IMG/VR virus record: IMGVR_UViG_3300020045_005328 | Location: 1-43,740 of that record | DNA length: 43,740 nucleotides | Source of the DNA: a virus | Lineage: Duplodnaviria; Caudoviricetes | Direction: 5' to 3' (one strand) | Part shown: positions 30,535 through 37,462 of the stretch, one piece after another | Numbering within the stretch: the first letter of the stretch is position 1 | How the letters are laid out: each line of letters opens with the position of its first letter | The notes under the pieces: model-generated | Seen by the model: only the letters and a program-made list of their open reading frames with translations | What the model was told of the DNA's origin: nothing | Database searches by the model: none | Position numbers and translations under genes: made by a program

Positions 30535-31039
30535 TTTCCCGCCCGTCTTGGACGTGTGCTGCGGAAGTAGGATGTTCTGGTTCGACCGGAATAATCCCGC
30601 CGCGCTGTTCTGCGATAAGCGCGAAGAAAAGCACGTCCTCTGTGACGGCCGCGACTTGGAAATCTCGCCAGACGTGAAGTGCGACTTCACCGCCCTGCCG
30701 TTCCCTGACAACACATTCTTTCTGGTCGTGTTCGATCCTCCGCACATGAACTCGCTGGGCGCGAATAGCTGGCTCGCCAAGAAATACGGGCGACTACTTG
30801 GTGACTGGCACGACGAACTCGCGGAAGGCTTTCGGGAATGTCTGCGCGTCCTCAAACCAAACGGGACGCTCGTGTTCAAGTGGAACACAACGGATGTGCC
30901 GCTCGATGAAGTGCTGGCACTCGCTCCAATCCCGCCGCTCTTCGGTCATACGACCGGGAGGCAGGCGAAAACAGTGTGGGCGACATTCTTGAAGCCGAAC
31001 GGAGAGTTCAGGCGCACAGACCCGCCGTTGAAACCATGA
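30452..31039 (+). CDS. SAM-dependent (DNA) methyltransferase, cassette-borne
   Basis: VLDVCCGSRMFWFD (motif I), VVFDPPH (catalytic), ECLRVLKPNGTLVFKW; start at 30452 or 30464, inside the attC5 loop. Confidence 0.85.
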   Translation: MERKMDTQIEINDGAQNGASLPPRNGSAFPPVLDVCCGSRMFWFDRNNPAALFCDKREEKHVLCDGRDLEISPDVKCDFTALPFPDNTFFLVVFDPPHMNSLGANSWLAKKYGRLLGDWHDELAEGFRECLRVLKPNGTLVFKWNTTDVPLDEVLALAPIPPLFGHTTGRQAKTVWATFLKPNGEFRRTDPPLKP

Positions 31040-31128
31040 CGACACTCGAACAATCCAAGCCTGACGGCGAAGCCCGCGACTCCGTGCTGCGAATCGGGGC
31101 TGTGTCGTCCTGCAACGATTTGTTACCC
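30994..31128 (-). other. attC4 (135 bp)
   Basis: GCCGAAC-GGAGA-GTTCAGGCGCACAGACCCG ... CGGGGCTGTGtCGtCCTGcAAC-GATTT-GTTACCC; three extra bases on the right arm. Confidence 0.85.
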
Positions 31129-32076
31129 GGCCAATTCGTGAACATCATAAACGGAGACTGCCGAACCGTGCTGAAAGAACTCGCGCCCGAATCCATCCAG
31201 TGCGTCGTGACAAGCCCTCCGTATTGGGGGCTGCGGGACTACGGCCACGCGGACCAAATCGGGCAGGAAGAAACGCCTGACGCCTACGTGGAAACCATGC
31301 GTCAAGTGTTTGCGGAAATCTGGCGCGTGCTGAAAGATGACGGCACGGCATGGCTGAACCTCGGAGACTCCTACGCTCGAAACGGTGGAACGCCCGGTGG
31401 CGGAAACCGTGAACTCATGCACATGGAAGGAACTCAATCGCGCATGTGCAAAATCCCGGCCGGCGCCGGCCTGAAAGTAAAAGACCTTGTTGGTATTCCG
31501 TGGCTGGTCGCGCTCGCGCTGCGTGCCGATGGCTGGTATCTCCGCCAAGACATCATCTGGCACAAGCCGTCAACCATGCCGGAAAGCGTAACTGACCGAT
31601 GCACCAAGGCGCACGAATACATCTTCCTGCTAACCAAGTCTCAGAAATACTACTTCGACAACGAAGCCATCAAAGAGCCTTCGGACTATCCCGATGACGA
31701 CCGGAAAGGGCGCTCCTATGACCATCACAAATCCGCGCCGCCGGTAGAACGAAACGGCGTGAGGTCGGGCAACTATCTCGACTCTGGTCGAAGCTCCTAC
31801 GCGATGAGGAATAAGCGCAGCGTGTGGAGCGTGACAAACGCGGGATACTCAGAAGCGCACTTTGCGACGTTCCCGCCAGACCTGATAAAACCCTGCATCC
31901 TCGCCGGCACGAAGCCGGGCGACGTGGTGCTCGATCCTTTCGGTGGTAGCGGAACGACCGGCATGGTCGCTCTGGAACTCGGTCGCCGGGCTGTTCTCGT
32001 CGAACTGAATCCAGACTACGCGAAATTGTGCGATGAAAGATGCACGACAACCCGAGGGCTACCGCTGGCCGGGTAA
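31036..32076 (+). CDS. N4-cytosine/N6-adenine DNA methyltransferase (beta class), cassette-borne
   Basis: VTSPPYWGLRDY, WLNLGDSY, IIWHKP, HFATFPPDLIKPCI, VLDPFGGSGTT; ATG at 31036 overlaps the previous stop. Confidence 0.92.
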   Translation: MTTLEQSKPDGEARDSVLRIGAVSSCNDLLPGQFVNIINGDCRTVLKELAPESIQCVVTSPPYWGLRDYGHADQIGQEETPDAYVETMRQVFAEIWRVLKDDGTAWLNLGDSYARNGGTPGGGNRELMHMEGTQSRMCKIPAGAGLKVKDLVGIPWLVALALRADGWYLRQDIIWHKPSTMPESVTDRCTKAHEYIFLLTKSQKYYFDNEAIKEPSDYPDDDRKGRSYDHHKSAPPVERNGVRSGNYLDSGRSSYAMRNKRSVWSVTNAGYSEAHFATFPPDLIKPCILAGTKPGDVVLDPFGGSGTTGMVALELGRRAVLVELNPDYAKLCDERCTTTRGLPLAG

Positions 32077-32159
32077 CGATAAGTCCAGCCAAGCCGGAAC
32101 GGGACGCGCCGATTGAAACCGCGATGCAATCCGGCTTTGGCTGCGACGACGGGTTGGCA
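32071..32159 (-). other. attC3 (89 bp)
   Basis: GGGTAAC-GATAA-GTCCAGCCAAGCCGGA ... TCCGGCtTTGGCTGcGAC-GACGG-GTTGGCA. Confidence 0.88.
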
Positions 32160-32681
32160 GACGAAAAGAAAAATATGGACACAGAACACCAAAAGCTAAA
32201 TGCGTGGATCGCGCTGAATGTCACGAGGACGCTGCGCCGCATCTCTGATGCTGAATATGCCGTCGTGTGCGCCATCTGTGAGGAAGCGAACAAAGAACCG
32301 CACCCGAACCTGATGCTCACGCTGCCGTATCGCCACGAAGGACACTGCCCGAAATACACCACAGACTCCGTCGCCGCGATGGTGGTTCTGGAATACTGCA
32401 TGAAGAATCTCGACCGGCTGACTGGTCGCACTAACTTTCAAATCGTGGTGCTTTATGACGAAGGAAACAAAGCGCCATTCTGCGTGATGACTGACTCAAG
32501 AAATGCCGACGACGACAGCATACACGTCGAAAACTGTGCGTCGGCGGAAACGATGGAACTGGCAATCTGCCGCTTCTGTAAAAACCTGCATACCGGCAAG
32601 GGCGTGGCCGAGTCTGCCAACGCCGCGCTATGCGACGGCACGGTCGAACACCAACCAACTACCGAAGCTAAAAACCTATGA
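32124..32681 (+). CDS. Cassette ORF, phage ABA-sandwich-like protein
   Basis: LNAWIA...CPKYTTDSVAAMVVLE...AETMELAIC resembles the P-x-Y-S/T-T-D...A-x-T-x-x-LAIC pattern of that family; start 32124 (in attC loop) or 32175. Confidence 0.6.
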   Translation: MQSGFGCDDGLADEKKNMDTEHQKLNAWIALNVTRTLRRISDAEYAVVCAICEEANKEPHPNLMLTLPYRHEGHCPKYTTDSVAAMVVLEYCMKNLDRLTGRTNFQIVVLYDEGNKAPFCVMTDSRNADDDSIHVENCASAETMELAICRFCKNLHTGKGVAESANAALCDGTVEHQPTTEAKNL

Positions 32682-32817
32682 GACTACGAGGACATCAACT
32701 GGACGGATTCAACGCCTCATTAAAATCCGGCGACACAGCGAAAGCACATCAGGAACTCCAAACGGCGTGCGCCAGAGCCGAGGGCATAGTGCCGTTCGCA
32801 TCAGCAAGTGGTTCGGC
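32615..32817 (-). other. attC2 (203 bp, long coding loop)
   Basis: TGCCAAC-GCCGC-GCTATGCGACGGCAC ... GTGCCGtTCGCATcAGC-AAGTG-GTTCGGC. Confidence 0.85.
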
Positions 32818-33118
32818 CACGGCCATAGACCTGAATCGGTATGAGCAGGCCAGAGCAGAGCGCCAGCGGTGGACACTCGCCCAAAGCGTGGAAGCTCAGG
32901 AGGAACGAATCGCCGCGCACTACACAGCCTTCGCGCACCTCGCGATGCAACTGCGAGAACTGACAGAGGCGAGAAAGCACGGCTGCACAACCGACATAAA
33001 CGACACGATCCGCTTTCTGGCTGGCAAAATCCGCGAAGGCCATCTGATGGAGTTTGGCATCCAACTGGAGTGGCCGAACGTGGAGCTAAACGACCGGCGC
33101 AACCAACCTAAATCATGA
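32678..33118 (+). CDS. Cassette ORF, hypothetical helical protein
   Basis: 146 aa; ATGA overlaps at both ends; starts in the attC2 loop and ends in the attC1 loop. Confidence 0.7.
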   Translation: MRLRGHQLDGFNASLKSGDTAKAHQELQTACARAEGIVPFASASGSATAIDLNRYEQARAERQRWTLAQSVEAQEERIAAHYTAFAHLAMQLRELTEARKHGCTTDINDTIRFLAGKIREGHLMEFGIQLEWPNVELNDRRNQPKS

Positions 33119-33355
33119 GCGAAGCCAAACTCAAAGCCTGTCCGTGGTGCGGGTCTAAACCAAAAACCACAAGCCTGTCACGCGACTGCTGGCAAACATA
33201 CTGCGCGAATCTTGAATGCGAAGCCGAAATATCCGTGATGGGGATAACAAGCTACCAATCCCTGCGTATCTGGAACGAGAGGGCAGGCGACCGCGAACCA
33301 GAGGCCGTCCCAAACGCCGGGGCTATAGCCGGTTCGTTTCAGCGAATGGTTGGAC
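33073..33355 (-). other. attC1 (283 bp; loop encodes a whole zinc-ribbon domain)
   Basis: GCCGAAC-GTGGA-GCTAAACGACCGGC ... GCCGGtTCGTTTcAGC-GAATG-GTTGGAC. Confidence 0.82.
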
Positions 33356-33510
33356 AGAGCGACCCGGGGCGATGGATAAAGAGAGTCCATGGCAAATACT
33401 CACGCAATGGAGACCTGCTGACGATACGAACAGCCGAGGCTCTCATTGAAGAACTACAAGACACCATCGCCGCGCTGTCCAACAATTTTTCCACAACTCC
33501 TGTTCGCTGA
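33115..33510 (+). CDS. Cassette ORF with N-terminal Lar-like (restriction alleviation) zinc-ribbon domain
   Basis: MSEAKLKACPWCGS...YCANLEC...RIWNERA fits the Lar-family LKPCPFCG...C..C...WN-x-R pattern. Confidence 0.65.
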   Translation: MSEAKLKACPWCGSKPKTTSLSRDCWQTYCANLECEAEISVMGITSYQSLRIWNERAGDREPEAVPNAGAIAGSFQRMVGQSDPGRWIKRVHGKYSRNGDLLTIRTAEALIEELQDTIAALSNNFSTTPVR

Positions 33511-33512
33511 AT
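33475..33512 (-). other. attI-like site
   Basis: Minus strand reads GGAGTTGTGGAAAAATT-GTTGGACAG: an R box with A-rich spacer and no palindromic partner arm, abutting the intI start. CTGTCCAAC (33475..33483) complements GTTGGACAG (33349..33357). Confidence 0.7.
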
Positions 33513-34469
33513 ATGAAACTGGAAATCGCCATTGAAAAGATGCGGGACACGATACGGCTCAGGCATTTGTCTCTTGCCACCGAGCAGAGTTACATCGGTT
33601 GGCTCGGGCGGTTTTCACGATTTGTGGCGGAACGGTGTCCGGTGGGTTCACCGGAGCAGAAGATGGAGGCGTTTTTGACTCAACTCGCCAAACAGGATGT
33701 GTCCGCTTCCACCCAGAACGGTGCGTTCTGTGCGTTGCTGTTCTTTTATCGCGAAGTGATGAAGGTGGAAGTCGGCAGGGTGGATTCGTTGCACGCCAAG
33801 AAGCCGGCGTTTCTGCGGTTTGCGCCGGAAATGGATGAGGTTCGCCAGTTGATCGCGGGTCTGCAGGACGTGGGCGGGTATCCGACGCGGCTGATCGTGA
33901 AGCTGATTTACGGCTGCGGACTGCGCGTGTCCGAGCCTTTGAATCTGCGCGTGAAGGATGTGTTGATGTCGGAATCCAAGCTGGTGATCCGGGGCGCGAA
34001 GGGCGGCAAGGATCGGTTTGTTTCGCTGCCGTGTTCGCTTGTGCTGGAATTGACGGCGCAACTGGCGTTCGCAAAGTGCGTGGGCGAACAGGATCGGTTG
34101 AACCGCGTGCCGGTGGCGTTACCTAGATTGCTGGCAACGAAGTATCCGCACTGGCAGTTCTCGACGAAGTGGGCGTTTCTCTTTCCTGCGCGGGCAACCT
34201 GTAAACATCCCCGATCCGGCGTGACGGTGCGCTATCGCTGTCACGAGGCCAACGTGCAGCGGTGCGTGAGGAACGCGGCCCGTCCGCTGGGGCTGGACAT
34301 CACGCCGCATCATCTGCGGCACGCCTACGCCACGCATTGCCTGAACGCGGGGCAGAATCCACGCGCGATCCAGCAGGCGATGGGACACAGCCAGCTTGAA
34401 ACCACGATGGGCTATCTCCATGCGGAGGCCATGAGTGTGAAAAGTCCGATGGAATATCAACCGGCATGA
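33513..34469 (+). CDS. intI: Integron integrase (IntI-type tyrosine recombinase)
   Basis: IRLRHLSLATEQSYIGW, VSASTQNGAFCALLFFY, YGCGLRVSE (R), GAKGGKDR (K), TPHHLRHAYATH (H-x-x-R), MGHSQLETTMGY (H, Y), VKSP. It also has the IntI-specific insertion VALPRLLATKYP...WAFLFPA...HPRSG...R. Confidence 0.92.
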   Translation: MKLEIAIEKMRDTIRLRHLSLATEQSYIGWLGRFSRFVAERCPVGSPEQKMEAFLTQLAKQDVSASTQNGAFCALLFFYREVMKVEVGRVDSLHAKKPAFLRFAPEMDEVRQLIAGLQDVGGYPTRLIVKLIYGCGLRVSEPLNLRVKDVLMSESKLVIRGAKGGKDRFVSLPCSLVLELTAQLAFAKCVGEQDRLNRVPVALPRLLATKYPHWQFSTKWAFLFPARATCKHPRSGVTVRYRCHEANVQRCVRNAARPLGLDITPHHLRHAYATHCLNAGQNPRAIQQAMGHSQLETTMGYLHAEAMSVKSPMEYQPA

Positions 34470-34795
34470 ATGCGCTGACCTATCCGAATCATCCAGGGGC
34501 GAAGGTGGCGGGCACGAGCCATGACGCGGCGGACAACATCGCGGAACATGCGGAGACGTTGAGGGATCGGGTGGACGGACTGTTTTCTAGGCATGACGGG
34601 TTGACGGCGGATGAGTGCGCGGAACTGCTTGGTGCGGAGATTTGGAGCGTGCGACCGCGGTTGAGCGAACTGCGGCGGCTGGGTCGGATCGTGGAGACGG
34701 ATCAACGGCGGAAGAATCGCAGCGGCATGACGGCGACGGTATGGAAGCGCGCGGTTGTCGTGACCCCGGCGCAGCAGGACTTATTTTTCCCATGA
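34466..34795 (+). CDS. Winged-HTH phage protein
   Basis: GLTADECAELLG...VRPRLSELRRLG...RRKNRSGMTATVW; ATGA-coupled to intI. Confidence 0.7.
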   Translation: MNALTYPNHPGAKVAGTSHDAADNIAEHAETLRDRVDGLFSRHDGLTADECAELLGAEIWSVRPRLSELRRLGRIVETDQRRKNRSGMTATVWKRAVVVTPAQQDLFFP

Positions 34796-35193
34796 ACACA
34801 CAAAACAAAAACCAAATGCAATTAGACCAGCCGGGCATTGACTCGGCGTTTCTTACACTGTTGCAACACCATCGGAGCGGCCAAATCCTGAGTGATTTGA
34901 GCGCGGCGATGCGTGAAGTAACAGAGGCGGCGCAGCTACAAGGCAAACCGGCTGCGATCACACTTAAAATCACGGTCAAACCAGCGTCCAACGCCTGCGG
35001 TGCGGTGGTGGTGGTGGACGACATCAAGACGAAGCTGCCCACACCTGAAAAGAAAGGCTCGTTCTTCTTCTCGGACGATGCCGGCAACCTGTTCCGGGAC
35101 GATCCACGACAGAAGGAGTTGCCGTTGCTCAAGACGGTGGACGGCGGGAAGTCGTTTGACGTGGTGGAACTCAAGAAAGTGGCGGCAAACTAA
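34792..35193 (+). CDS. Conserved phage protein usually found upstream of DUF2303
   Basis: ITLKITVKP...KLP...FF-x-x-x-x-GNL-x-R-x-DP-x-Q-x-x-L pattern. Confidence 0.65.
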   Translation: MNTQNKNQMQLDQPGIDSAFLTLLQHHRSGQILSDLSAAMREVTEAAQLQGKPAAITLKITVKPASNACGAVVVVDDIKTKLPTPEKKGSFFFSDDAGNLFRDDPRQKELPLLKTVDGGKSFDVVELKKVAAN

Positions 35194-35201
35194 TCAAACC
35201 T

Positions 35202-36032
35202 ATGGAAATCACATCACAAGCGATAGATACACTTCTGGCAACGGGACGGGGACAACAGGCGATCAACCTGAATCCTCAAGGCGACCCGTATTTCATCAAT
35301 CCCGGCGGCACAGCTACCAGTCTGGCGCAATTCTTTCCACCGCGCAGGGTGCGTCAGAGCGTGGCGCTGTTGGATGCTGGCAGCTTCATAGATTACGTGA
35401 ACCGCTTCAAAAGCGCGGATTCGCTAATCTTCTCCAACGTGACGGAAAGCAACGCCACGTTCACGGCCATCTTGGACTATCACAAGAAGGACTTGACGGC
35501 GGACTACTGCGCGCATCGTGCGTCATTCACCACGCAGCCGACGCCGGAGTGGGCGACCTGGTTGAAGGCAAACCGCGTGCCCATGAGTCAGGTGGACTTT
35601 GCCACATGGCTTGAGGACAACTTGAAGCTGTTTGTCACCGGACCGGATGAGGCATCGCCCACCGCAGCGGAACTGCTGGAACTGGTGCGGACGTTGCACG
35701 GTCATCAAAACGCCAGGTTCAGCAGCAATCTTCGTCTGCAAACCGGCGCGTTCTCGGCCAGCTACGACGAGGACACCGAGGTTAAGGGAACCATCACCAC
35801 GAAGCCGGGCAGCATTGACCTACCCGCGCAGATCACGGGCGGTTTCCCGCTGTTCCAAGGCGGGGAAGCCTACGCAGTACCGGCCCGGCTCAAGAGCCGG
35901 ATCGTGGAGCGCAAGCTCATGTTGCACTTCGAGACGATCAGCCTGCCGCAACTCGTGCGTGAGAACATCATGGCAGTGGTCAAGCAGGTGGCCGACAAGA
36001 CTGGCATCATTCCGATGCTCGGACAGGCGTAA
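35202..36032 (+). CDS. DUF2303 (YfdQ-like) phage protein
   Basis: SFIDYVNRFK, AILDYH, TPEWATW, MSQVDFATWLEDN, PLFQGG...ARLKSR. Confidence 0.75.
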   Translation: MEITSQAIDTLLATGRGQQAINLNPQGDPYFINPGGTATSLAQFFPPRRVRQSVALLDAGSFIDYVNRFKSADSLIFSNVTESNATFTAILDYHKKDLTADYCAHRASFTTQPTPEWATWLKANRVPMSQVDFATWLEDNLKLFVTGPDEASPTAAELLELVRTLHGHQNARFSSNLRLQTGAFSASYDEDTEVKGTITTKPGSIDLPAQITGGFPLFQGGEAYAVPARLKSRIVERKLMLHFETISLPQLVRENIMAVVKQVADKTGIIPMLGQA

Positions 36033-36115
36033 GACATTCCACAAGGTGAACGCCAGCCGAATGGCGTGACAGCCGGAGAGACGGCAAACGATTTCAGTCA
36101 GGATTTTACAGAATT

Positions 36116-36451
36116 ATGAATACCAATTATGACCGTGACAGTGTGATAAAGGCAGAGATAAAAGGTTTAGGGCGACTGCAAGACGCGCAATGCGAGCGCG
36201 AGCGTATTCCCATGCTGCCGCTGCTGTTGAATGACCTAAGCCGCGCAACAGAGGACACGGCGGAACTGGTGGAGCAACTGGAAAAGCAGTTGGATTCAAT
36301 CACGGCACCAGAGTTGTCTGTGCCATCGCCAGTTAATCAAAAAGACCCATCTTGTTTGCCGCCCGCGTTAGAGATGTTGCGAACGACATTGAGCCGGGTG
36401 AACGCCGTCAACGCCAAACTGAACGGACTGAGGCGGCGCGTGGAAATCTGA
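36116..36451 (+). CDS. Hypothetical coiled-coil protein
   Basis: 111-aa ORF in a co-oriented cluster. Confidence 0.55.
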   Translation: MNTNYDRDSVIKAEIKGLGRLQDAQCERERIPMLPLLLNDLSRATEDTAELVEQLEKQLDSITAPELSVPSPVNQKDPSCLPPALEMLRTTLSRVNAVNAKLNGLRRRVEI

Positions 36452-36452
36452 T

Positions 36453-36674
36453 ATGAAAGCAACTATTACCATCGTGGATACACCCAGCGGCAACGCGACC
36501 GTCACGCTGGATTTCAGTGAACCGACGCCGAAACGTGACGCGCAGACTGCGGCGACCAAGATCGCGTATGAGATTCTGCAATACATCGAAGGACGGGCGA
36601 GCAAGATCGGCAGCAAGGAAACCAGCATCGGCGGGAAGAGGATCGTCAGCAAGCCGGGCGACACAAACAACTAA
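36453..36674 (+). CDS. Hypothetical protein
   Basis: 73-aa ORF, tightly packed. Confidence 0.55.
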   Translation: MKATITIVDTPSGNATVTLDFSEPTPKRDAQTAATKIAYEILQYIEGRASKIGSKETSIGGKRIVSKPGDTNN

Positions 36675-36677
36675 ATC

Positions 36678-36848
36678 ATGACAGCACACATATTGGCGGC
36701 GGAATTGGAATGCAAATGGACGGAACTGAGCCGCGAAAGCCCGGTCAACCGGATGCTCGCACTCGAAAGCCTGCTGCTCAATTTCCAGCATGAGATTGTG
36801 ACTCAGACGGGGGATTTTCTGCTGAACGGACCGGAGGTCGGGAATTGA
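36678..36848 (+). CDS. Hypothetical protein
   Basis: Own translation MTAHILAAELECKW...LLNGPEVGN, 56 aa. Confidence 0.45.
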   Translation: MTAHILAAELECKWTELSRESPVNRMLALESLLLNFQHEIVTQTGDFLLNGPEVGN

Positions 36849-37017
36849 AACGGCGGCAGATTACGGCTGGGGTGCGCCGGGAGAAGGCGCGCGGACCGAA
36901 CGGGGGCGGGCGTTCAATGAACTGGGAACTTCGTTGCGGAGAGAAGTCGTCGGTGGGATCGAGTCTGGACGAACTGGAACGGCGGCTGGCGGCATTGTCT
37001 CCAAAGGGAAAGACAAC

Positions 37018-37245
37018 ATGAACAGATCAGAACGGCGCAAACTCCTGGCGGAGTTGAGCGCAACCGAACCGGAACGGCTGGACGCCCAGGCGGACACATG
37101 GCTGGCTCAACATCAAAACGCCGAGCCCAAGGAACAGTTCCGGCTTGCGCTGCTGATCGCATCCGCACGGCTGGCGGCGAGCGATCTGCGGGCGATGCGT
37201 GCGGCGCGGCATCGGCTGGCTTATTCACAGGGTTATTCACAATGA
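37018..37245 (+). CDS. Hypothetical protein (homologue at 43153..43374)
   Basis: MNRSERRKLLAE...; frame is conserved in the diverged second copy. Confidence 0.6.
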   Translation: MNRSERRKLLAELSATEPERLDAQADTWLAQHQNAEPKEQFRLALLIASARLAASDLRAMRAARHRLAYSQGYSQ

Positions 37246-37462
37246 ACATTTGCGCGACAACAAATCAGGACATCAACGTGTGCGAGTGCGGCGTGTGTGC
37301 GCCGTTGCGTCGGATCAAGGAGGCGAGCGCGGCGCGGCGCAGGGCGGTGTTCCATCATCGCACTGGGGCGCACAAGAAGGGCGTGGGTCATTGGTGGGTG
37401 GGCAAGTTGAAGGAAAACGGATTGAAGTTGGCCGATGCGGAATTGCCGAGGGGGGACAGGGA

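Larger units (their letters stand above)
29757..33512 (-). mobile_element. Integron cassette array (attC sites on minus strand, cassette ORFs on plus strand)
   Basis: Five consecutive cassette bodies are bounded by perfect 9-12-bp reverse-complement R boxes. Each intact attC has imperfect inverted arms with extrahelical bases. The array abuts the intI 5' end. Confidence 0.88.

Noticed and set aside
30976-31035. Extended N-terminus of the SPPY methyltransferase from the ORF track
   Set aside because: It overlaps the upstream MTase and crosses the cassette boundary. ATG 31036 with ATGA coupling is the better start; the same applies to 32040 versus 32124/32175.
29757-33483. attC sites read in plus-strand (ORF) orientation
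   Set aside because: Extrahelical bases would then be on the wrong arm, and the unpaired attI-like half-site would be at the wrong end. The minus-strand reading is canonical.
33501-33513. TGTTCGCTGAATA before the intI start as a LexA (SOS) box
   Set aside because: The Verrucomicrobia LexA motif, as I recall it, is TGTTC-N4-GAACA. This has a 3-nt spacer and a mismatch, so SOS control is unsupported.
33513-34469. Ordinary prophage integrase or XerC/D
   Set aside because: It has the IntI-specific insertion between the catalytic K and H-x-x-R regions and adjoins attI/attC-like sites.
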